Shown here piece by piece: positions 11,804 through 22,569 of a stretch of 64,000 bases of DNA. The notes under the pieces are model-generated. The model was not told where the DNA came from, made no database searches, and saw only the letters and a list, made by a program, of their open reading frames with translations. Source of the DNA: Isurus oxyrinchus (taxonomy: Eukaryota); NCBI GenBank assembly GCA_026770705.1, contig JANJGN010000005.1, positions 26,040,001 to 26,104,000 of the forward strand, in the 5' to 3' direction. The first letter of the stretch is position 1. Each line of letters starts with the position of its first letter. The position numbers and the translations under genes are program-made.

Positions 11804-12049
11804 AAGGTGTATTTATCCCACTGACCTCAAGTAATAGGATTCTTGAAAGACTGAGTCTGTTTCTGTTCCTAAGGGACATAAGTACTTCATATTGACAGTA
11901 CTTTCATTTTACATTCTATATATCTTTAGTAAAATATTCTTTCATGGCATGTGGGCGTCGCTGGCTAGGCCAGCATTTATTGCCCATCCCTATCTGCCCT
12001 TTAGAAGATGGTGACGAGCCACCTTCTTGCACCCCTGCAATCAATGGGG

Positions 12050-12422
12050 TTGGCGGTGGAGTAGTGGTATTGTCACTGGACTAGTTATTCAGAGACCAAG
12101 GTTAATGCTCCGGGGAGCTGGATTCGATTCCCATCCCAGTAGATGGTGAAATCTGAATCCAATAAAAATCTGAAACTAAAAGTCTGATGATGACCATGAA
12201 ACCATTGCCAACTGCGGTAAAAACCCAGCTGGTTCACTAATGTCCTTTAGGGAAGGAAATCTGCTGTCCTTACCTGGCCTGGCCTACATGTGATTCTAGA
12301 CCCACGGCAATGTGGTTGACTCTTAAATGCCCTCTGAACAAGGGCAATTAGGGATGAGCAATAAATGCTGGCCTACTGGCCTAGCCAGTGACGCCCACAT
12401 CCCATGAACAAATAAGAAAAAA
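12050..12422 (+). mobile_element. tRNA-derived SINE sharing its 3' tail with LINE family B
   Basis: A-box-like TGGAGTAGTGG and B-box-like GGATTCGATTCC. Body GGTTCACTAATGTCCTTTAGGGAAGG. Tail GGGCAATTAGGGATG...AATAAATGCTGGCC...GCCCACATCCCATGAA. Confidence 0.85.
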
Positions 12423-12467
12423 TATGGTGCAGCTACATCCATGGTGCTGTTAGGAAGGGAGTTCCAA

Positions 12468-13234
12468 GAGTTGAATTTTATAAGGGTGGCAGTGGGGAGA
12501 GGGTGTATTGCTTGTCCCCCTGGAAGTTAATAATATCACACTGTGGGTGGCCTTAACAAGCTGAGGGTTGGACTTCCGCACCTCTGTGGAAGGAAGTCCC
12601 GACCTTGGCCAGTCTGACTGCCCAGCAGCTCTTGAAGTCCCAGCAGTGCCAGAAGAGAGTAATGGGTGCTGATGGGATTGCAAGCAGTCCCCAGGAAGAA
12701 TTCTGACAAGGATCCAAGAGACAGAAAAAAATGTCGAGCCTTTTTGGCCAGGGAGTGATTGGGCAACCGAGGGAGGGGGCGAGGGTGATGGGATGGTGGG
12801 TTTTTGGATGCCAGGTGGAGAGGTACAATGAGGTGTTAAATCTTGCGTGTGGGGTGGGGTGGGGTGGGGTGAGTTGGCCCTGATGTGCACAGTACAGCTC
12901 GCCGAAGGAGGTGTACCCCTTTCTTCAAACTTTTCAAAAACATTTGGTGAAAAAAAAGGCCTTCCGAATCTTGTCTGCCTTCCACTGCTTAGCGTATTAT
13001 GGTAATGAAGTGGACTGTGGTCCTTAACTGCTGCTTAATTAGGCAGATAAGGGCCTCATTAGGCCCAGGGATGGGTGGCCTAGTGGGTGCCTTACCCAAC
13101 ACCTTCATTAGTGGCAACGAGGTGGGATGGGCAGGAATTTTGGGCTAACCACCTGTCATATTTTATGCTCCCCAAACCCACCAAAAACATACCCGAGGAG
13201 GGGGGTGGTCAGGCTGGTGGCCATAAAATCCAGG
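12468..13234. mobile_element. Harbinger-type non-autonomous DNA element
   Basis: Ends GTTGAATTTTA ... TAAAATCCAG. It interrupts otherwise colinear LINE B sequence. Confidence 0.5.
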
Positions 13235-14536
13235 TGCAGTAAAGGAACAACAATATAGTTCCAAGTCAGGATGGTGTGTGACCTGCAGGAAAACTTGCAG
13301 GTGGTGGTGCTCCCATTCATGCTTTTGCTGCCCTTGTCCTTGGTGGAGGTCAACGGTTTGGAAGGTGCTGTCTAAGGAGCCTTGGTGAGTTGCTGCAGTC
13401 CATCTTGTAAACACTGCCACCACTATGCATTGGTTGTGCAAGGAATACATGTTTAAGGTAATGGATGGGGTGCCAATCAAGTGGGCTGCTTTGCCCTGGA
13501 TGGTGTCGAGCTTCTCGAGTGTCGTTGGAGCTGCACTCATCCAGGCAATTGGAGAGTATTCCACCACACTCCTGAATTGTGCCTTGTAGATGGTTGACAG
13601 GCTTTGGGGAGTCAGGAGATTAGTTACTCACCACAGAATTCACAACCTTTCACTTGCTATTATAGCCACAGTATTTACAGGGTTGGCCCAGAACAGTTTC
13701 TGGACAGTCGTAAACCCCAGAATGTTGATAGTGGGGTATTCAGCAAAGGCAACACCATTAAATGTCAAGAGTTGATGATTAGATTCTCCCTAGTTAGAGA
13801 TGGTCATTGTCTGGCACTTAAGTGACAAGTAACATTTGCACCACACATCAGCCCAAGCCTGGATGTTGCCCAGTTCCTTTTGTATCTGAACACAGACTGT
13901 CTCAATGCCTGAGCAGTCGTGAAAGGTGCTGAACATTGTGCGATCATCAGGGAACATCCTACCTCTGACATAATGATGGAGGGAAGGTCATTGATGAAGC
14001 AGCTGAAGATGTTTGGGCCGAGGACACTACCCTGAGGAACTCCTGCAGCTATGTCCTTGAACTGAGACGAATGGCCTCCAACAACCACAATCAACATCCT
14101 TTGTGTCATATATGCCTCCAAGCAATGGAGAGTTTTTCCCCAATTCCCAGTTTTGCTAGGGGCTCCTTGGTACCACATCTGGACAAATAGATCCTTGATG
14201 TCAAGGGCAGTCACTCTCATCTCACCCCTTGAGTTCATGTTTGGATTAAGGCTGTAATGAGGTCAAGAGCTTAGTGGCCCTGGCAGAGCCCAAACTGAGA
14301 GTCAGTGAGCAAATTATTGCTGAGTAAGTGCCACTGGATAGCACTGTTGACGACCTCTTCCATCGCTTTGCTGATAATCAGGAGCATACCGATGGGGTTG
14401 TATTGGCTGGGTTTGATTTGTTCTGCTGGTCATGAACAGGGCATACCTAGCCAATTTTCTACATTGCTGGGTAGATGCACTGTTGTAGCTGTGCTGACAG
14501 CTTGGCTAGGGGCATGGCTAGATCTGGAGCACAAGT

Positions 14537-16660
14537 TTTTTTTAATTCATTTATGAGATGTGGACTTCGTTAGCTGGGCCAAAATTTGTTGCCCATCCCT
14601 AGTTGACCTTGAGAAGTCGGTGGTGAGCACCCTTCTTGAACCACTGTAGTCCATGTGGTGTAGGTACACCCACAGTGCTGTTAGGAAGGGAGTTCCAGGA
14701 TTTTGACCCAGCGACTGTGAAGGAATGGCAATATATTTTCAAATCAGGATGGTAAGTGACTTGGAGAGGAACTTCCAGGTGGTGGTGTTCCCATCTATCT
14801 GCTGCCCTTGTCCTTCTAGATGATAATGGTTGTGGGTTTGGAAGGTGTTGTCAAAGGAGCCTTGGTGAATTCCTGCACTGCATCTTGTAGCTACTGCTCA
14901 TTAGTGGTGGAGGGAGTGAATGCTTGTGGATGTGGTGCCAATCAAGTGGGCTGCTTTGTCCTGGACGGTGTCAAGCTTCTTGAGTGTTGTGGAAGCTGCA
15001 CTCATCCAGGCAAGTGGGGAGTATTCCATCACACTCCTGATTTGTGCCTTGTAGACGGCGGACAAACTTTGGGGAGTCAAGAGGTGGGTTACTTGTCACA
15101 ATATTCCTAGTCTCTGACCTGCTCTTGTAGCCACAGTATTTATATGGCTAGTCCAGTTCAGTTTCTGGTCAATGTTGATAGTTGGGAATTCAGTGATGGT
15201 AATGCCATTGAACATCAAGGGGAGATGGTTGGATTCTCTCTTGTTGGAGATGGTCATTGCCTGACACTTGTGTGGCACGAATGTTACTTGCCACTTGTCA
15301 GCCCAAGCCTGGATATTGTCCAGGTCTTGCTGCACTTGGATACAGACTGCTTCAGTATCTGAGCAGTCGCAAATGGTGTTGAACATTGTGCAATCATCAG
15401 CGAAAACCCCCACTTCTGACCTTCTGATGGAAGGAAGGTCATTGATGAAGCAGCTGAAGATGGTTGGGCTGAGGACACTACACTGAGGAACTCCTGCAGT
15501 GATGTCCTGGAGCTGAGATGATTGACCTCAAACAACCACAACCATCTTCCTTTGTGCTAAATATGAGTCCAATCAGTGGAGAGTTTCCCTGATTCCCATT
15601 GACTCGTTTTGCTAGGGCTCTTTGATGCCACACTCTGTCAAATGCGGCCTTGATGTCAAGGGCAGTCACTCCCACCTCATCTCGGGAGTTCAGCTCTTTT
15701 GTCCACTTTTGAACCAAGGCAGTTACGAGGTCAGGAGCTGAGTGGCCCTGGCAGAACCCAAACACAGCATCAGTTAGCAGGTTATTGCTAAGCAATTGAT
15801 GCTTGATAGCACTATTAATGACCCCTTCCATTACTTTGCTGATGATCGGGAGTAGACTGATGGGGCGGTAATCGGCTAGGTTGGATTTGTCCTGCTTTTT
15901 GTGTACAGGATACACCTGTGCAATTTTCCACATAGCTGGGTAGATGACAGTGTTGTAGCTGTACTGAAACAGGTTGGCTAGGGGCGTGGCAGGTTCTGAA
16001 GCACAAGTCTTCAGTACTATTGCCGCAATATTGTCAGGGCCCATAGCCTTTTGCAGTATCCAGTGCCCTCAGCCGTTCTTTGATATCACATGGAGTGAAT
16101 CGAATTGGATGAAGACTGGCATCTTGATGCTGGGGACCTCTGGAGGAGGCAGAGATAAATCATCCACTCGGCACAGCTGGCTGAAGATTGTAGCAAATGT
16201 TTCAGCCTCATCTTACGAATTAATTCATTAGCTGAGGGAGGGTGGTATGTGGTAATCAGCAGCAGGTTTCCTTGCCCATTGTTTGACCTGATGCCATGAG
16301 ACTTCATGGGGTCCGGTGTCGATGTTGAGGACTCCCAGGGCAACTCCCTCCCGACTATCCCATTGTACCGCCATCTCTGTTGGGTCTGTTCTGCTGGTGG
16401 GACAGGACATACCCGGGATGGTGATGGTGGTGTCAGGGACATTATCTGTAAGATATGATTCTGTGAGGATGACTATATCCAGCTGTTGCTTGACTGGTCT
16501 GTGAGACAGATCTCCCAATTTTGGCACAAGCCCCCCAGTTGTTAGTAAGGGGAACTTTGCACGGTTGACAGGGCTGAGTTTGCCATGGTCGTTTCCGGTG
16601 TCTGGGTTGATGCTGGGTGGCCCGTCCGGTTTCATTCCTTTTCTGACACTTTGTAGCTTC
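14537..16660 (-). mobile_element. LINE family B copy with APE endonuclease start and RT, internally deleted near 16215-16230
   Basis: Endonuclease motif DIVILTESYL (ORF 16228-16695). RT motifs YRPISLL, DIKAAFDRVWH (15478-16044) and FADD (15096-15413). A-rich tail at 14537. Confidence 0.92.
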
Positions 16661-17006
16661 TCCCCCTGCATTCCACCCATCCCCCCCACCACCATCTCCT
16701 AGCCCACCACAATGGTACCAGAAGAATTCTGCCCACTCATCTTGACAACCATACAATCAACAAACAAAATGCAATTAGTTTTTTTTTTACTTGGCACAGT
16801 AACCACAATAATCTATTACTCCCACGCACCCCACTGAACTAATAGCAACCAAGATCCAAATGAACAGTGCAATGTCACAAAACCTCATCCCATTCAAAAC
16901 TAAACCTTCCATTTTTCACATGTAGAACAGGACGCTGGTTACCAAAAACAAAGATCAGCCGGCACCTGGGTGTCTGTTGCCTTTTACAATCCCGAGCAAC
17001 AGCCCA

Positions 17007-17335
17007 TTTAGGATGATCAGTTGAGTTCGGAACATGGCTCATTTACACTTGCTAGATGCAACACACATTCATACTCAGGGACCCGTTCTTGGTAAACAAA
17101 AGGAATATGTTCAAGTTTTGCACCTCCTTTGAATTACCCGGGAGCTTGAGTCTATGGCTACCCATTGTTTTCTCCATAGCAATGCCTCAGCCAGTCAGAG
17201 ATGGCTTGCCACTAATCAGCACGCTTTTCTCCTGCAGTCTAACTTGATGTGATTGTTTGAAATTTGGCATTCTTGCATTTGTCCTGATAAATGCAAGATG
17301 AAAAATTTCAGCTTCACGTCTCTCTTTTCAGCAAA
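17007..17335 (+). mobile_element. Second PLE family: GIY-YIG C-terminal remnant plus pseudo-LTR with degenerate hammerhead
   Basis: Translates MIS*VRNMAHLHLLDATHIHTQGPVLGKQKEYVQVLHL (LEAxxI...PxL-like). At 17280-17310 it reads TGTC-CTGATAA-ATGCAAGAT-GAAA-AATT-TC. Confidence 0.55.
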
Positions 17336-17819
17336 ATCCTGAACAGCTTGTGTTCATGTTTAGACACCTACTCTCTCAAGAAAATAACTTTTTTATGTTT
17401 GAGGTTCTATCGCAATGACACTGAAGTACGTATTCCTGGTTAGTTGAGTGCATTTTCAAACTCTCTGCCCTGCCTCCTTCAATAGCTAGGATTAGAAATC
17501 CTAATAAGTCATTCAACATTGCTGCAGAAATTCAAACCTTCACACCTTGTTACCATTAATTATATATGTCACACAACAAAGACAAGCTTGCAGTGCATTC
17601 ATATTATTTACTAAAGACTAGCATTTGGAAGATGATAAAGCTGAGAACAATTCTAGTCTTGATTCTGATCAGATTTTGAGGAGATTTATGTCAATCACAT
17701 TTTCTGATCCAATGCAATGTCCTGAAATTTTCCAGTGAACAGTTGCCATGACCACAACACAGTGTAAAATAAAATTTTGGCTCATTGCTTATTGATGATT
17801 ACTGAGGTGATTTTTTTTT

Positions 17820-18040
17820 TACAGACTGAGCTGTTGTGATCTGGAGTGTGCTGCCTGAAAGGGTGGTGGAAGCAGATTCAACGGTAACTTTCTCAAGGGG
17901 ATATTGATAAATAGTTGAAGGGGAAAGATTTGCAGGGCTATGGGGAAAGAGCAAGGGGAGAGTGAAACTAATTAGGTAGCCCCTTCAAAGTGCTGGCACA
18001 GGCACGATGGATCAAATGGCTGTAAGATTCTATGATTCTA
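17820..18040 (+). mobile_element. CR1 3'-end fragment
   Basis: CTGCCTGAAAGGGTGGTGGAAGCAGATTCA...GATTCTATGATTCTA tail. Confidence 0.75.
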
Positions 18041-18221
18041 GGTCATAATTATACAGAAATTATGGCAAAATACACATCAGTTTCTGTGCCAATTTTACCA
18101 AGTAGAACTAACTCCCAAATTTCCCACGGAGTTCACTGGCCAGGCTAGAATGTAAAAACCAGCATTAAACAAGTGGAAATTCAATGGTATTACCTTATAT
18201 TTTAACTTTGATCCCATAATT

Positions 18222-18900
18222 TTTAAAAATTCATTCCTGAGATTTCAGCACTGCTGGCTAAGCCAATATTTGTTGCCCTCCACAGATGCCCTGAGAAGGT
18301 GGTGGGGAGCAGCCTTCCGGAAACGCTATGGTCCATTTTGTGTAGGTACCGCACCCACAGTGCTGTTAGGAAGGGAATTCCAGGATTTTCACCAGTGACA
18401 GTGAAGGAACGGCGATATATTTCCAAGTCAGGATGGTGAGTGACTTGGAGGGGAGCTTCCAAGTGGTGATGTTCCCATGTGTCTGCTGCCCTTGTCCTTC
18501 TAAGTGGTAGAGGTCACGGGTTTGGAAAATGCTATCGAAGGTGCCTTGGTGAGTTCTTGCAGTGCATCTTGTAGATGGTACACACTGCTGCCCCCGTGCA
18601 TTGGTCATGGAGGAAGGGAATGTTTATTGTGGTGGATGAGGTGCCAGTCAAGAGGCATGCTATGTCCTGGGTGCTGTTAATCTTCTTGAAAGTTGTTGAA
18701 GCTGCACTCATCCAGGCAAGAGGAGAGATTCCATCACACTCCTGACTTGTGTTTGTAGATGGTGGACTGGCTTTTGGGGGGTCAGGAGGTGAGTTATTCG
18801 TCACAGGATTTCTAACCTTTGCCTGCTCTTGTAGCCACAATGTTTATAGGGTTGGCCCAGTTAAAGTTTCTGGACAATAGTAAACCCCACAATATTGATG
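18222..18900 (-). mobile_element. LINE family B 3' fragment
   Basis: SPLAWMSAA and CTIYKMHCKNSPR peptides plus the shared tail. Confidence 0.85.
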
Positions 18901-19320
18901 GCTGGACAGAGCTTTAAATTACTAATTGTTTTAATCATTTTATAACCCAGAATATCTGGTTGTTAATGTTGTTGATGTTTATGGAGCTTACTGTGTGAAA
19001 ATTTACTTCAACACTTGCTTACCTTGCTGGAACTATTATACCTCAAAAAGGTAGCTCATTGGCTGTGGAGCTCTTTGGGATATCATGAAAGTGCTATATA
19101 AATGCAAGGTTTTAAATTACTTTCTTTCTCCCTAATCCCCAGTTACCAAATCCAACTGTAAAGTCCTGTTGCCACCTCATGTAATTCAGCATGGACCATG
19201 GATTGAATACAAGACTCCCTCCTGGTCAATTCTAAACCAGGTAATGCACTTAGTAAATAAAGCATCAAGAGAGCAGCTCACCAACATCCTGAAGTTGATA
19301 AATAAATGATAAACAGTACC

Positions 19321-19548
19321 CAATATAAAAGCAAAAAACTGTGGATGCTGGAAATCCAAAGCAAAAACAAAATTACCTGGAAAAACTCAGCAGGTCTGGC
19401 AGCATCTGCGGAGAGGAACACAGTTAATGTTTCGAGTCCAAATGACCCTTCAACAGAAAGGGTCATTCGGACTCAAAACATTAACTGTGCTCCTCTCTGC
19501 TGATGCTGCCAGATCTGCTGAGTTTTTCCAGATATTTTTGTTTTTGAG
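19321..19548. mobile_element. Palindromic PLE mini-element, copy 3 (more diverged)
   Basis: Inverted arms centred near 19455, a ~35-40 nt extra tail on the left and TSD AAACAGTACC at 19311-19320 and 19549-19558. Minus strand reads CTGTTGA-A-GGGTC-ATTTG-GACTC-GAAAC-ATT-AACT. Confidence 0.82.
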
Positions 19549-20229
19549 AAACAGTACCTGTTGTTCACTCATCAAATACATTTTGGTACAGTAAAAGTCA
19601 CATGCTTGGATGTAGGCTAATACCTGACTGGTTTCCAATACCTGACTGGTTTCCAATCCTTATCAGTCAATGCCATATGCAAATTGCTACTTATTGTCAG
19701 TGCCTCCAGCATCAATCTGTCTAAATATTTCCACAAAAGAAATGATAAGTAGCAACACTAATTGCCAGGGATGGGAATGTGGGTTCGGGCAGGGTCAGAT
19801 TAATGTATGGGCCTATCAGTTCATGCATGGACCAGGGACCTCCAGTAAAACAGACAAACACTAGCTCAAAATATCCTGGTATTTGAATTTTTTTTTGTTT
19901 TATTCATTCATGGGATGCGAACATCGTTAGCAGAGCCAGGATTTTTATTGTCCATCCCTAATTGTCCTAGAGAAGGTGGGCTGCCCTCTTGAAACACTGT
20001 CATCCACATGGCATAGGTACTGCAGCAGCTGTGGTTCAGTTGATAGCACCCTTGCCTTTGAGTCAGAAGGTCATGGGTTCAATTCCCATTTCTGAACTTG
20101 AGTATAACAATCTAGATAACATGGTATGAAGTCAATGTTGTACAGTTCAAGGTGCCATTTTTTTGGTGACAAGTTCTACCAAAGCCCTGTCTGTCTGCTT
20201 ACCTGGGTGTAAACAATCTCATGGTACAA

Positions 20230-20585
20230 CCTTAATTCGCAGCTGCCAAAAATAATTTTTTTTTACGTGTTCAGTGTATAAGTCAACCTCCTTTTACAGC
20301 TATGACATATTATACTCACATTAGTTGCCAGCCTCAATTTTTTACCCTACAAATGCATGTTTTATTTATCAGTATCTTATAACTGGACACAATTGAGATT
20401 AAACAGGCGATACAAGCTGTGTTGCTAAGATGCACAGGAGTTTAAGACATACCCAATGTCTGCGTGGAGCGCTGATGACATTTCAAAATGGTGACTACCC
20501 ACACCACCCCCATGGCTCACTTTTATACTTGACGTATAGGTCGACGCCTGTTTTTGGAGGGATTTTTCGAGGCTTCATCTACAGT
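20230..20585. mobile_element. Possible Tc1/pogo-type DNA transposon fragment
   Basis: Repeated subterminal-like motif GTATAAGTCAAC / GTATAGGTCGAC. It interrupts the SINE. Confidence 0.35.
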
Positions 20586-20721
20586 TTTTCAAAGAACAGC
20601 AGGAGAGTTAACCCTCAAGCAACATCACAAAAAGAGGTTATCTGCTTATTGTCACTTTGCTGCTTGTGGGAGCTTGCTGTGTGCATTTCTTATAATTCAA
20701 GTGCCTGTGTTTCAAAAGTCA

Positions 20722-21240
20722 TCTTCGTCATTTCTTCATATCGAGGATGATTCTTTCACACAGTTGATTGGGTGGAAGTGAGATACCAGTGAAATGTAGG
20801 CTTGCAGATGGTTTATGAACCTGATCTTAGCCTTACAGGCTCTCCCACAATGAGGACATCAGCTGTCAAACGGTAGACGTGGTGGAGGATTGTTGGCTTG
20901 AGGAAGAAAGCTTCCCTAACTCACTCTCTCCGTGGCTGTTCTTGTTGATTAGAAGGTCTGGACATTATTTTTGATGATGCATCCACCATTCTGGTTACGA
21001 TTGGGCATCTGCTTCCCATGTGTTGATATTAATGGAGCGGACCTTCACGGAGGCTTTGAGATTGTCTTTGTCTTGGAAACATATCTGCTAGCCCCCATGC
21101 TGACAGGCTTGTTGATAGAGTCCTGAGCAGAGCAGCTGGTTGGGCAATCTTGAGTCGGACATTCTGACATCATGTCCCGTCCATCTCAGCTGATGTGAGG
21201 TGATTATGGTCTCTACACTTGGCATGTCTGTGTCTTGGAG
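20722..21240 (-). mobile_element. RTE-clade LINE 3' fragment
   Basis: QLRWTGHDVRMSDSRLPNQLL, matching the RTE LRWxGHVxRM...RLPK motif. Confidence 0.75.
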
Positions 21241-22569
21241 GTACTTCAGAAGTACTTCACTGGCTGGAAAGCACTTTGGGGCATCGCGAGTTTGTGTAAG
21301 TGCAAATCTTTCTTTCTTGCACGGTGTTATTGGGTAGGGAGTTTGAGAATTTTGACCCAGCACTGATGCTTTATATTTCCAAGTCAGGATGATGCATGAC
21401 TTGGAGGTGGAGGTGAACTTGCAGGTGGTGGTGTTCCCATGCTCAGTAAAGATATTGTTAGAAGCTCCAGGTTTAACATCAGGTTTCTCATTCCTGCCAT
21501 TTGATGTTAACTTCCTTCAAACCTTTTCTAGCTTTTTGAAAAGAAAACTTAGAAAACACTGTGTCTGGCAGAGGATCTTCATTTGTATTTACACTTGGCT
21601 GATTGTAATGCACTGCAGACGCTCGTCATTCAACACTTTTTTGGCCCATCTGACTAACAAAACAATGAAAGACTGGATGCCTTAGAGCACCCTCAATTTA
21701 TATTCCACAGGTTCCAGACAGCAAACCAAATTGGCTGCCAGCTTGGCTAGCTTCCCAGGATCAGCTTGCAGATGTGACTGGACAGAACATTGCTCCATTG
21801 CTAAACTCCATCCCAAGCTTTTGTTCGCAAACCCATCCATCTTTCCAGTAGGTCACCATCCCCATTCTTTGAATGGAATTTAAAGGCATTTTGATCTGTT
21901 GAAACCAATGCAGTCTTTCTCTCATTGTACCGTAGCTCTAGCTACAACCACCTGCTGCGTATATACTCTGAGTAAAAAATGGATGGTTGGTCAATTTTGT
22001 AACCCAACCATCAATAGATGGTTGGGTCACAACACCCAGCAAATCCAGTCCAAGTATCCCAAAAGGGCAAGCTGATGAATACCATGTGCACTATATCTGC
22101 ATCTGGACACTTATCAAGTTTGTTTCATGTTACCAAGTGGACAGTGCCCACAATCTGTTATAGGGACTGTCAGGAAACTCAAACCGCTTGTTAGCCTGAC
22201 TTCATCCAAATTGTACAGTAAATGCTGGAACTGATACACCTAAAGCTTAAAAAGAAACTTAACATTAGAATGAATTTGCTGTTAAGTTGACCCAGACTGA
22301 AACTGAACAGTGTCTAGTCATTGAAACTCTGGCCATCCTGAGGTGGTTCAGACTTGATGGAACAGTTGGTCATTTCCTGCCTATCAACCATGTAAATCTA
22401 GAAACCTATGAAAGGGGATGACACCGCTCCTTTATGGATCTTTTATATTTACTAACTATAGGGCCCCCTGATCTTCCACTGTAACTTCAGGTGGAAGATG
22501 AGTAGAAACCTCAAAGAAATGGCATGTAGCCATTAATGCCATTTCTCCAAGTTTCTCCCGATCCTCCGC

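Larger units (their letters stand above)
11935..14535 (-). mobile_element. LINE family B (CR1/L2 group), decayed, interrupted by a SINE and a MITE
   Basis: RT motifs VTALDIK and AGVPQGSVLGP (ORF 13804-14238) and MVEYSPIAWMSAAPTT (13163-13567). The element is colinear across the insertions at 12050-12422 and 12468-13234. Confidence 0.88.
20023..21320 (+). mobile_element. Deu-domain (SacSINE1/AmnSINE-like) SINE split by two insertions
   Basis: tRNA-like head GTGGTTCAGTTGATAGCACC...GGGTTCAATTCCC. The body resumes at ~20590-20720 and the tail at ~21240-21320. Homologous to 37745-38077. Confidence 0.6.

Noticed and set aside
12050-12135. tRNA gene (A/B boxes)
   Set aside because: It is the head of a multi-copy SINE and has no complete cloverleaf.
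19619-19657. 18-bp tandem duplication AATACCTGACTGGTTTCC x2
   Set aside because: An isolated slippage-type duplication with no further structure.
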